A stretch of 64,000 nt of DNA, taken from a virus (Duplodnaviria > Heunggongvirae > Uroviricota > Caudoviricetes). The notes beneath the pieces were generated by a model that saw nothing but the letters and a program-made list of their open reading frames with translations, was not told the origin of the DNA and did not search any database. Positions 55,405 through 64,000 of the stretch are shown in pieces. Each line of letters opens with the position of its first letter. Position 1 is the stretch's first letter. The stretch lies in the IMG/VR virus record IMGVR_UViG_2627854143_000002. One strand, 5' to 3'. Position numbers and translations under genes: made by a program.

Positions 55405-57171
55405 ATGAATCAAGAATGGATTCTACAAACAAAAGAAACGCGTCGAGCCTTCGCGGAGGCAACCTGGGTTCCTTTGAGGGCGTCGCGCAACGACGAGCAG
55501 GGTGAAGTTCGGAAAGTGGGCTATGTCAGCGAATACTTTGGCTGTGGGTCCGTTGCGTTCCCACCGGAGCATCGCGAGGTCGCCGAACGACTTAGCTGGT
55601 CTGATATCGGCATCGGTCACAACGTGCAGCCGTATGCTTACGAAGACGGACACTATTCGCCTATCGACCAGTACCAGTACAACGACAAGGAACCGATCGG
55701 AGTCGAACTTGTTTTCGAACATCGGCAACCGGTCGTTGGCGGAACGCAGTGGATTCTGAATCCCGACCTTGTCGTTGCTCTACATCTGATAAAGGATGGA
55801 GGCAACTGGGTAAGGCCTGAAGAGGATTTCGTGATTGTCGCGCGCGAAGTGCTTGATGAAAAAGACGGGCATCGCCTGATCGAGATCAAGCGCGAATTTC
55901 TCATGGACTATTTGGCAGCTAGGAATCTTTCGCTTCGCCTGTCGTACTACCGCCAACGGGTCGAAAACGTCCTCGCCCTTGAAGGCAGCGCATACGAGAA
56001 TCTGGACGACAGCGAAGAAGAACGAGACGGCGGGCGGTTCGAGCTTCGTGTTCGTAGCTTGGACGATGTATTCGGCGGAAGCTGGGCAACCTTCCGGGCA
56101 TGGCGAACCGATGTTGACGAAGATGAAGACGCTCCCGTAATGGGACCGGAAAGCGACGACAACACCGATTACGAAACCGGACATGGGCGTCACAGCGGCT
56201 TCGACGGTGTGCGGGTGGAGGGCGAATTTTGGCGCGACGAATGGATTGAACACCGAGGCCAAAGCGTCCGCGTTCGAGGTGACGCGGATCGGAACCTTCC
56301 TCAATTCATCGTTGAGACTGACGGAATGCGCATGTCGTCTTCCGAATTAGACTATGAGGATGTCGGTCGTTGGCTGTGGTTCCGCTCTAGCATCGTCAAC
56401 GAACTTCTCGGCCACCGTGGCTTTTCTCTTGGATGGTACACGGCGGAAACCGGCGGTATTCGATCCACGTCCGGCTATGTGACGCACTTCGGGGTCAACT
56501 CTTCGGATCTGGTCACGGTCTACGCCCATGATGTCGCGCGCCTTGCCGCATGGGAACAGCACATTTGGGCTGCTCACAACGTCGTGCCTGATGGAAAAGT
56601 TTCGAATGAGCTGCTGTCAGCGCAAGTGAAAGCGCAGGTAGCACCCACGCACGCTGTTGAAGAAATGCTGTTCGAAAGCATGCGGATGCTAGAAGGGGGC
56701 TTTCGCGAAAACTTCGGTGTCGGGCTTTACACACACGAGATCGATGATGTGGAGGTCATGCAGCATGTGTCGCGCTTTGCGAGCAAGGACCAAGCTTCAT
56801 TGCTCAGGCTCGCGAAGGAGCTTGTTCGGGTATTTTCGGACCGCCTCGATGTGCGCGCACTCCGCAAGCTTTCGACGCATGCGGAGAAGGAGAAGCTGGG
56901 ATCAAACAAGCTCCTTCAGGATATCTTGGCGCAAAAGGTTGGAGCCGAGAAAGCTCGTCGCATCTTTGGCCCTATCGCTGGTACCTATGATATGCGGGTA
57001 GGTGACGCGCATCCGACCAGCTCGAAAATCGGAGAAGCGCTCAAGCTTGCCGAAATTGATGTGAGCCGTTCGTTCATGCGACAGGGCGAGCAACTGATTC
57101 ACAATTTCGGCCGATCTGTGTGGTGGACAGGTAAATTGCTCTTTGGCGAATCGCAAGAGCGAGGAGCGTAG
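55405..57171 (+). CDS. hypothetical 589-aa protein (no recognisable domain)
   Basis: ATG 55405; long ORF; acidic central region. Confidence 0.5.
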   Translation: MNQEWILQTKETRRAFAEATWVPLRASRNDEQGEVRKVGYVSEYFGCGSVAFPPEHREVAERLSWSDIGIGHNVQPYAYEDGHYSPIDQYQYNDKEPIGVELVFEHRQPVVGGTQWILNPDLVVALHLIKDGGNWVRPEEDFVIVAREVLDEKDGHRLIEIKREFLMDYLAARNLSLRLSYYRQRVENVLALEGSAYENLDDSEEERDGGRFELRVRSLDDVFGGSWATFRAWRTDVDEDEDAPVMGPESDDNTDYETGHGRHSGFDGVRVEGEFWRDEWIEHRGQSVRVRGDADRNLPQFIVETDGMRMSSSELDYEDVGRWLWFRSSIVNELLGHRGFSLGWYTAETGGIRSTSGYVTHFGVNSSDLVTVYAHDVARLAAWEQHIWAAHNVVPDGKVSNELLSAQVKAQVAPTHAVEEMLFESMRMLEGGFRENFGVGLYTHEIDDVEVMQHVSRFASKDQASLLRLAKELVRVFSDRLDVRALRKLSTHAEKEKLGSNKLLQDILAQKVGAEKARRIFGPIAGTYDMRVGDAHPTSSKIGEALKLAEIDVSRSFMRQGEQLIHNFGRSVWWTGKLLFGESQERGA

Positions 57172-57417
57172 AATCGGTGCGTTGCTGGGCCGAACCCTCC
57201 TTTCGTCACACGGCTTACATGATGGAACTGCTCGACTCTGCTAGTGGTCGCGAGAAAGCCGCGCTTGTCGTCCCTTGATGCCATCGCGTGCTAATCTCGG
57301 CCCTTAGATTTTGAAACCGGTTGCACGGGTGGCTGGTACACAGTGGCCGGTACACGGTCATTTTGGATTGGGCATCGGGTCGTTGATTTTTAGGGATTTT
57401 TTTGGTGCCGGGAGGCT

Positions 57418-57440
57418 GTCCCCCTCTCTCCGCCAGAACA
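57418..57440. repeat. att-like direct repeat copy 2 GTCCCCCTCTCTCCGCCAGAACA
   Basis: Matches 42598-42619. Confidence 0.45.
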
Positions 57441-57570
57441 CCTTCCGAGCGGTTCCGCTCGATTCTCGTAGATCCCCCGAGGCGCCTTATCTGGCGGCGT
57501 TTTGGGGGTGTCAATCCTCTTGTCCGTTCCGCCCCGTCCCGACACAATCTACCCATCGAATGGGGGTAAG

Positions 57571-58007
57571 TGAAGTGGTCAAGCAACTTTGGACACTGCT
57601 CCGGGATAGGCTGCGAGCGCTTCGAAACGCGCTGGCGGCAGTCCCTTCGCAGCCGAGTGAAGGCGACGATGGTTGTAAAAATCGACTAGATAATCAGTGA
57701 TGTCTTGCTCTGCATGGCGGTGATCGACGTACAACTGGTCGCCGATCCATTCATTTTTGAGGCTTCGGAAGAAGCGCTCGACCACCGCGTTGTCCCAACA
57801 GTTGCCGCGCCGACTCATGCTCTGGATCGTGCCACGGGCGCGCAGCTCGGCGAGAAAGCGCGTGCTCGTGTATTGGCAGCCCTGATCCGAATGGAACATC
57901 AGGCCTGGTGGCGGACGACGATGATCGTAAGCCCGTCTTAATGCCTTTAGTGCCAAGTCGGTGTCCGCGTGCTGACTAAACGCCCAGCCCACCACGCGGC
58001 GCGCGTA
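57571..58007 (-). mobile_element. 3'-terminal fragment (~437 bp) of the same IS3-family element
   Basis: Near-identical to 54257-54693; ends TGAAGTGGTCAAGC (reverse complement of the IS terminus). Confidence 0.75.
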
Positions 58008-58778
58008 CTGGGGGAGCTTGCCGTCCCATTTCTCGATCGCCATCTGTTGCAGGATCTGGCTGTTCTCGCGTAGTGCTTTCGCTTTCACCTCGAGCGCTTC
58101 GGCCTCGCCCTTGGCGATCGCGACTTGCTTTGCCGCGTCCGCCTCGGCTGCACGCAGTTCGTTCTCCTTCTGCTGCGCGATCTGCGTCGCTGCGATCTTC
58201 CCGCTGATCGAGTTCATGACCTGCTCGGGGAGGCGCATCTGATTCACAAAATAGACCTTCTCGACACTGATTCCGACCTTCGCGGCGTTCGCCTTTACCT
58301 CGTCCTCGACGCGCTGCTGTAGCGCCGCCTTGCCCCTGCCGTAGACGTCCTCGACCGCCATCGACGCGCCGGCGAGATTCAGGGCGTCGCGCACGATCGC
58401 GCGCAGGTAGACGCCCGTGATCTCATCGACTCCGCGCCGATACTTCTGGAACACCTTGGGCGCGTTCTCACGCGGGATCGCGTAGCTCACGCCGATGTCG
58501 GTGTTGACCGACAGCCCCTCCACCGTCTGGAACGTGAACGACTCGTCGGACTTGCCAGCTTTGTCCCACACGTAGGACTGCGTGAACGTCGGGAAGATGA
58601 ACATGTCGACGTTGGGCCCGTTGAAGTAGCGCCCGGGCCCCTTCACTTCGACGTTGACGCCGCGGTCGTCGCCGTAGCGTTGCACCTTCACACCGACGTA
58701 GCCGGCCGGGACGTTATCGCAGCCGGCCGCGAGGAACATCGTCGGCGCGAGGATCAGAATCAGAAACAGGCGTTTCAC
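58008..58778 (-). pseudogene. SPFH/band-7 domain lipoprotein, 3'-truncated by an IS fragment
   Basis: GTG start with AGGAGA RBS; lipobox LAAGC; SPFH core and QQKENELRAAEADA coiled coil; fused in-frame to IS transposase residues. Confidence 0.6.
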
Positions 58779-59083
58779 TTGGTCTCCTTGAAATGAGGGG
58801 GGATGAATTTCACAAAGGCGGCGGCATACGCCAGCCACACGAACGGCACGGCGAGCAGGGTGATGCTGCTGTCCTGATTCACCAGCCACGGGGTGACGAT
58901 CGACAGCAGCACGAGAAACAGCACGGCCGCGACGATGAGCTTCGAAGCGGTTTTGATTGGTATCTCCGGTAAAAAATGGCGGGGCGCACATACGGGCCGC
59001 CCCGCCGAAAGGCCGCGCTTATCCGAGAGGAAATCCCGCGCGCGGCAAGCGGGGAACTGCTGTGTGTGGCTTGCGTTGGCCAC
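58775..59083 (-). CDS. hypothetical small membrane protein upstream of the SPFH gene
   Basis: C-terminal two hydrophobic helices; start uncertain. Confidence 0.25.
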   Translation of the reverse strand: MANASHTQQFPACRARDFLSDKRGLSAGRPVCAPRHFLPEIPIKTASKLIVAAVLFLVLLSIVTPWLVNQDSSITLLAVPFVWLAYAAAFVKFIPPHFKETK

Positions 59084-59174
59084 AAATCCGCCACGCGCCC
59101 GGAACGCCGGAATATGCGTGGCTATGGGGTGAGTCGTTGTGCTAGGATTCGCAAAAAATACAAGCGGGGATGCG

Positions 59175-59765
59175 ATGAAGAAGGTGTGGCAATGCCTTGA
59201 GGTCAGCTTCGCGCTATGTGCGCTCGGAGTCGTGGCCTTGTTTCTCGTCTATGCGTTCAAATTGCACAGCAATGATGCCGCTGGCTGGGTACAGGCAGTC
59301 GGATCGATAGCCGGCATCTTCATTGCCATCTGGATCGCTGGATCACAGCATCGTGCCGATGTGGCTCGTCGCGCGGACGAAGACGCGAGGTCAGAGTACC
59401 TACTGGAGGCGGAACTGGCATGGTTGAGTACCGAGGTCGTCGGTTTTCTCGACCAGTTCCGTGACATCAAGGCGGGCTTTCCAATAGAAGATAGATTCTC
59501 CGAAGATGACGTCGGGGATTTGCTCGATCGATTGTCCTGGTGCCGCCAGCGCGCCCGGCACAAGACGCATTTATGGATGGTCGGGCAACTGCGTTCGTCC
59601 CTCATGGGTACTGTTCGCGCCATTCGTAGCAAAATAGCTCATACACCGATGGTATTGACCGATGACGACGTCAAGTTGATCAACGATCTTCGGCTGGCGG
59701 CAATAGAAGTTTCGGATCTCGCGTTACGTGCGAAAGCGATTCTTGGTCCCTCTGCGGGTGCATGA
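59175..59765 (+). CDS. hypothetical membrane protein
   Basis: Two TM helices then a soluble domain. Confidence 0.35.
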   Translation: MKKVWQCLEVSFALCALGVVALFLVYAFKLHSNDAAGWVQAVGSIAGIFIAIWIAGSQHRADVARRADEDARSEYLLEAELAWLSTEVVGFLDQFRDIKAGFPIEDRFSEDDVGDLLDRLSWCRQRARHKTHLWMVGQLRSSLMGTVRAIRSKIAHTPMVLTDDDVKLINDLRLAAIEVSDLALRAKAILGPSAGA

Positions 59766-61283
59766 TTACAGCGCTCTTGCTTGGTGGGCGACGCAGAGAA
59801 ACCAGACACAGCCGATAGTGATGCCGTAGGCGAGGATCATCCCGAAAGCCCGAGCGAGACGCCCGTTCGGCCGAGCGCACGCGGCGAGTAGGTCATTGTC
59901 GAAAGCGACTCTGTTCATGATGGTCTCGTGTCGTCGCAATTACCGGCGGTATGCATGGGTCGACGCGGCGAAAGGCTCGATAGACGTATCGGCTGCCGGC
60001 TCAATGCGCTGCATGGCGCCGGACGGCATGAGCTCGATTGCGTCGAGGCAATGTCCGGCGAAGTAGTTGCGATCATGGCGTTCGATGGCGTCTTGGAGCT
60101 TGGCCCATGTCAAGGTTTCACGGACGTTGTATTCGTGATTTGCATGGATGTGAAGCATCGCGGTCCCCGGTGGGTTGTGATTGCCCGCAGGGCGGGCGCG
60201 GTTGGTCAGTGCATGTGGTGCTCGTCGCGGCCGATGTGCTTCATCGCACGCGTAACCTCGACGACGAGCCAGAGAATCAGCAGGGCCAAAGCCCCAGTCA
60301 CGAAGTGCTTCACCTCAGCAGCCTCCGCGAAGATCTTCGATGCGCTGAGCGATCAGATCGCTTGCAACTTCGCGCAGCAGGTGCTCGACAAGCGCGCCGC
60401 GAGACAGACGGCGCAGTTCGAGGAGGTTCTTTGCGGCTTGGCTCACGATCGGCTCCTAGACCTTGAGTCCGATCGACCGTAGAAAGAGGCGTCGGTCGTA
60501 TTCGAGCTTCAACCGGGCCGTGTGCCGCATTGCATGGGCGCGGCCGATGTTCTCGCTGTACCGATGAGATAGGCCGAGTACCGCCCACGTCTCACGGCTC
60601 GCGTTTGCGCTGACTTCGAGGTCAGCTGCTGCGTTTTCAAGCCACTCGACCGATACGGTCGGCAGCTTCCGTTTCGCTTCCACTGGATCTCCTTTCGAAG
60701 AGTCACGATTATGATCCTCGCTTCCCCTCATGATTTAGTAGTTCGAATTCAATGCAACGATCAGGGCGTAGCACCAATCGATCTGCTTCCTTGTCAGTTT
60801 TCATGGGATGGGGCCACTGCCGCGACTTCCGACTTCGCTTTCCCCTCCGAACGACAATCCGGCTATCTCGTGAACCGCCATGTGCGTCGCGACCAACTCC
60901 GGCGTCCTCTGGCTCCCTCGCCGCGGCCAGACCACGTCCGCATCGGCAGGACCCCATCTCATGAAAGCTGAGTGGTGTCGGGCGCTACCCCGTTTCTCGG
61001 CTACACCGTTGAGCCGAACGGTTGCTCCCGCTGGGCGGGTCCCGGTGCGCTCCTCAATCGAGGGGCGCGCCGAAGCGCGTTAGCGAGATGAACCGAGCAT
61101 GCGGTGCTCGCGTCTGGTCCAATCCTCGCGGGTTTGCCTTTCCGGGCGCACACGCGACGTATCAGCAGGCGAAGCGGTCGATTCTTGGGCCGCTGAAACG
61201 TCGCGGCCTGCTGAAGTGTCCCGAAATACTGTAGCTACAAAAAATACTTGCAATTGTTATTAACCGTAACTACAATAATTTGC

Positions 61284-61553
61284 ATGGACATCACCTTTGA
61301 CCCGACCAAGAACGAAACGAACATTGCCAAGCATGGAGTGTCGTTGGCGCTTGCAGCGCAACTCGACTGGTCGGACGTGTTGTCCTACGTGGACGACCGA
61401 CGCGACTACAGTGAAGTGCGCGAAGTCGGGTTCGGTGTGATCGGCGATCGCCTCTATTGCGTGGTGTTCACGCAGCGCGGCGACTCGATGCACATCATCA
61501 GCATGCGTAAGGCGAACAAGCGGGAGGTCAAGAGCTATGTCGAGCAAGCGTAA
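61284..61553 (+). CDS. brnT: BrnT-family toxin (second copy; one substitution, K->E at residue 9 of the 89-aa toxin; identical to the 8416.. ORF elsewhere)
   Basis: Same as 8452-8721. Confidence 0.75.
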   Translation: MDITFDPTKNETNIAKHGVSLALAAQLDWSDVLSYVDDRRDYSEVREVGFGVIGDRLYCVVFTQRGDSMHIISMRKANKREVKSYVEQA

Positions 61554-61821
61554 GATCGTCATGCCGACGGACGAGGAAGACGCGGCAATCAACCGCGGCA
61601 TCGCGGCCGATCCCGACACGTTCGAAGTGCCGGCGGAAGACTTCGCGAAGATGACGCGGCGAGGCAAGCGTGGTCGTCCGCCGCTCGAAGCGCCCAAGGT
61701 GCAATTGACGGTGCGCTATGACGTCGACATTGTCGACGCCTTCAAAGCGACGGGCGAAGGTTGGCAGACGCGCATGAATGATGCGTTACGCGAGTGGCTG
61801 AGGGAACATCAGCCTGCGTAG
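61537..61821 (+). CDS. brnA: BrnA-family antitoxin (second copy, identical protein)
   Basis: Same as 8705-8989. Confidence 0.75.
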   Translation: MSSKRKIVMPTDEEDAAINRGIAADPDTFEVPAEDFAKMTRRGKRGRPPLEAPKVQLTVRYDVDIVDAFKATGEGWQTRMNDALREWLREHQPA

Positions 61822-62021
61822 CGCTCGTTCGACGACGCGATTAAAAGAGGTTGTAAACCGCGCCGCGTTTCGCTATATTGACGACGTCGGGCGCGAGGTG
61901 CGCCCAAAGTAAGCCCGCTCAGTTTGCTGTGCGGGCTTTTTCTTTGTCGCGTGACTGAGAGGTTCAAGGTTGACACCGATAGAGCAGCCAGGTGGTTCTG
62001 CAAACCAACACCGGGTTGCCC

Positions 62022-62048
62022 GTGAGTTCGAATCTCACCGTGACGCCA
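62022..62048 (+). other. tRNA 3'-end-like fragment (T-arm GTGAG-TTCGAAT-CTCAC plus acceptor strand plus CCA), att-core candidate
   Basis: Canonical T-loop TTCGAAT with 5-bp stem, 7 nt, then CCA; no complete tRNA upstream. Confidence 0.35.
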
Positions 62049-62171
62049 CGCTGTACAATGTTTCGCCGAGCGAATGCGCAGGCTGATGCGCGAAGCCCGG
62101 TCGTGCTGGTGCCATCGCAGACCTAGATCGTTAAGACGCCATGCCGGAGATCAGCGCCGGCCGCTCGACCA

Positions 62172-62210
62172 AAGCCCGCAAGGTGAAAGCCTCGCGGGCT
62201 TTTTCGTTTA
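62172..62210 (+). terminator. terminator (same hairpin as 9079-9116)
   Basis: AAGCCCGCAAGG...CCTCGCGGGC plus TTTTTCGTTT. Confidence 0.45.
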
Positions 62211-62238
62211 CGCGCCCAATCCGCAATGAGGTTTCCCT

Positions 62239-62468
62239 ATGCCGATACGTACGATGAAGCCCTGTAAGCACCGAGGATGCGGTGCACTCGTTGCGGCTGG
62301 CAAGTCGTACTGCGCGCAGCACACCCATGAGGCGGTGAAGTGGAAGTCCGACGCGGTGCGCCGCAATCGTCATGCGCGGGGATACGGAACCGCGTGGGAC
62401 AAGATCAGGCAGCGCATCTTGCGTCGCGACAGCGGCCTCTGTCAGCCCTGTTTGCAAGCAGGGCGCGT
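62239..62468 (+). pseudogene. HNH endonuclease (second, diverged copy) truncated by an IS fragment
   Basis: MPIRTMKPCKHRGCGAL... homologous to 9942-10298; frame broken at 62466 where IS-derived sequence begins. Confidence 0.65.
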
Positions 62469-62883
62469 GGGCGCTTAGTCAGCACGCGGACACCGACTTG
62501 GCACTAAAGGCATTAAGACGGGCTTACGATCATCGTCGTCCGCTACCAGGCCTGATGTTCCATTCGGATCAGGGCTGCCAATACACGAGCACGCGCTTTC
62601 TCGCCGAGCTGCGCGCCCGTGGCACGATCCAGAGCATGAGTCGGCGCGGCAACTGTTGGGACAACGCGGTGGTCGAGCGCTTCTTCCGAAGCCTCAAAAA
62701 TGAATGGATCGGCGACCAGTTGTACGTCGATCACCGCCATGCAGAGCAAGACATCACTGATTATCTAGTCGATTTTTACAACCATCGTCGCCTTCACTCG
62801 GCTGCGAAGGGACTGCCGCCAGCGCGTTTCGAAGCGCTCGCAGCCTATCCCGGAGCAGTGTCCAAAGTTGCTTGACCACTTCA
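62466..62883 (+). mobile_element. 3'-terminal fragment (~418 bp) of the same IS3-family element
   Basis: Matches 54279-54693; ends ...CTTGACCACTTCA. Confidence 0.75.
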
Positions 62884-62890
62884 GCCTGTT

Positions 62891-62926
62891 GAGGCTGGCC
62901 CAATTTCTGAGGCTGGCCCAATTTCC
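62891..62926. repeat. tandem 17-bp repeat GAGGCTGGCCCAATTTC x2 at the terminus of the downstream IS
   Basis: 62891-62907 and 62910-62926 separated by TG. Confidence 0.7.
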
Positions 62927-64000
62927 GTCCCGGTCTTAGTTGGAAAATTCCGGCTCTTCAGGGCGGGCCGAACCGGCCCGATCGGTACACTGGCGGGCGA
63001 ATTCCGCCGGTGTCATCCACTGCAGCGCAGAGTGAGGGCGCGCTTCGTTATAGTACTCGCGCCAGACCTCGATTTTGCGTCTGGCGTCCTCCAGCGACAA
63101 GAACCAATGCGCGTTGAGGCATTCCTCCCGGAAGCGTCCGTTGAAGGATTCATTCTTTGCGTTGTCGGTCGACTTGCCAGGACGCGAGAAGTCAATCTCC
63201 ACGCCATTCTCGTACGCCCATTTGTCGAGCGCCTTCGAAATGAACTCGCTGCCATTATCTGCCTTGATAGAGCGGGGAAGCGGACGATGATGCGCAAGCC
63301 GAGCCAGCGCGGCGAGAACGTGTTCGCCACGCAACGAACCATCGACTTCGATCGCCAAGCATTCCCGCGTGTAGTTGTCCACGATCGTGAGCGTGCGCAA
63401 GCGTCGACCATCAAAAAGTGCATCGGCGACGAAGTCCAGGCTCCAGATTTCGTTGATTGCGCTCACGGACTGCTTTGGCTGGCGGCGCCGGGCCGATTTG
63501 TTTCGCCGGGCTCGCTTGTGGCGCAACGAAAGGCCCAGTTCGCGATACACGCGTTCCACTCTCTTATGGTTGTCCCTCCAGCCTTCCCGGCGAAGCATCA
63601 CGTACACGCGCGGCGCACCGTAATGCACCCGCACTTCCGTGATCTCCTTGATGCGCATTTCCAGTGCGCTTTGATCCCGCGCGACTGACTCGTATCGGTA
63701 GACCGTGCGGGATAGCTGCAACAACGCGCAGGTCTGCCGCTGACTTGCGCCGAAACGTTGCATCAGGTCCGTGACAAGCTCACGGCGCCGGGAAGGCTTC
63801 AGAGCTTTTTTGACAGCACGCCCTGCAGCATGGCCGTCCAGCGACAGATCGGCCACGAGCCGCTTGAGCTTCGCGTTCTCTTCCTCAAGTTGCTTCAGCC
63901 GGCGCAGCTCCGACGGCGACAGCCCACCGTACTTCGTCCGCCAGTTAATGGTATGGACTGCTCCGGCAGGCGTATCGTGACCGCGGGCGTTTCCGTTCAT
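62908..64000 (-). mobile_element. second, different IS3-family element (partial; runs off the window end)
   Basis: Terminus TGAGGCTGGCCC...; transposase ORF 62936-64000 on the minus strand. Confidence 0.7.
62936..64000 (-). CDS. IS3-family transposase (OrfB with upstream OrfA-like leucine-zipper region; 5' end beyond window)
   Basis: LRRLKQLEEENAKLKRLVADL zipper; DDE core SLDFVAD...NGSEFIS...ESFNGRFREECL. Confidence 0.75.
   Translation of the reverse strand: MNGNARGHDTPAGAVHTINWRTKYGGLSPSELRRLKQLEEENAKLKRLVADLSLDGHAAGRAVKKALKPSRRRELVTDLMQRFGASQRQTCALLQLSRTVYRYESVARDQSALEMRIKEITEVRVHYGAPRVYVMLRREGWRDNHKRVERVYRELGLSLRHKRARRNKSARRRQPKQSVSAINEIWSLDFVADALFDGRRLRTLTIVDNYTRECLAIEVDGSLRGEHVLAALARLAHHRPLPRSIKADNGSEFISKALDKWAYENGVEIDFSRPGKSTDNAKNESFNGRFREECLNAHWFLSLEDARRKIEVWREYYNEARPHSALQWMTPAEFARQCTDRAGSARPEEPEFSN

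Larger units (their letters stand above)
61071..61908. repeat. copy B of the ~0.9-kb direct repeat (second BrnTA segment)
   Basis: Near-identical to 8239-9076. Confidence 0.85.

Noticed and set aside
57579-58991. 470-aa ORF as a single protein.
   Set aside because: It is chimeric. The N-terminal 60 codons are out-of-frame read-through of the upstream small gene. The middle is the SPFH lipoprotein (real start GTG 58778). The last 130 codons are IS transposase sequence from a truncated IS copy.
59928-60482. 184-aa plus-strand ORF.
   Set aside because: It is Cys/Arg-rich, has no RBS, and is antisense to better small ORFs with RBSs; it is likely spurious.
61961-62048. Complete tRNA-Cys (apparent anticodon loop CTGCAAA at about 62000).
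   Set aside because: The flanking nucleotides do not form an anticodon stem. No D-arm or 5' acceptor strand complementary to CGTGACG exists upstream. Only the T-arm, acceptor and CCA part is tRNA-like, so I called it a fragment.
1-64000. CRISPR arrays or rRNA.
   Set aside because: No regularly spaced short direct repeats with unique spacers and no rRNA-like conserved stretches were seen. The only periodic repeats are the origin iterons and the IS-related repeats.

Overview
High-GC (about 60-65%, Burkholderia-like) 64-kb window in four parts. (1) Positions 1 to about 33.2 kb are the replication-to-lysis portion of a lambda/HK97-like siphovirus prophage. It carries a frameshifted C5 DNA methyltransferase with GWPTPT repeats, an N6/N4 methyltransferase, a PAPS-reductase-like plus ParB-like (IbrAB-type) pair, two wHTH initiator-like genes (the second contains an iteron array, probably the origin), DUF1064, a BrnTA toxin-antitoxin module, a RelE/XRE toxin-antitoxin module, HNH, TerS/TerL, portal, S49 prohead protease, HK97 major capsid protein, connectors, major tail protein, a G/GT chaperone with an A_AAA_AAG -1 slip site, tape measure, M, an S74-chaperone tail fibre, L, K, I, J, then holin, SAR endolysin and Rz/Rz1. 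(2) Positions 33.2-42.5 kb are an accessory/cargo stretch: a lipoprotein, a low-GC (~35%) foreign cassette with one unknown gene flanked by ~100-bp direct repeats, a PAAR - PD-(D/E)xK toxin - Imm52-like immunity cassette, an SRAP (YedK-like) gene, and several unknowns. (3) Positions 42.6-57.4 kb look like a separate integrase-headed island bounded by 22/23-bp direct repeats. It holds an integrase broken by two homopolymer frameshifts, an unknown 471-aa protein with an XRE regulator, a Dam MTase plus ParB-domain protein operon (lower GC), a DUF2971 gene, a serine resolvase split by a complete IS3-family element (3-bp TSD AAG), and an unknown 589-aa protein. (4) Positions 57.5-64 kb are IS-scarred: two 3' fragments of the same IS truncate an SPFH lipoprotein gene and a second HNH gene; a second, near-identical copy of the BrnTA segment carries an extra 263-bp insert with a tRNA 3'-end-like (att-like) fragment; another IS3-family element runs off the window end. 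No CRISPR array, rRNA or intact tRNA was seen. All calls come from reading ORF translations and DNA patterns by eye; no database searches were possible.
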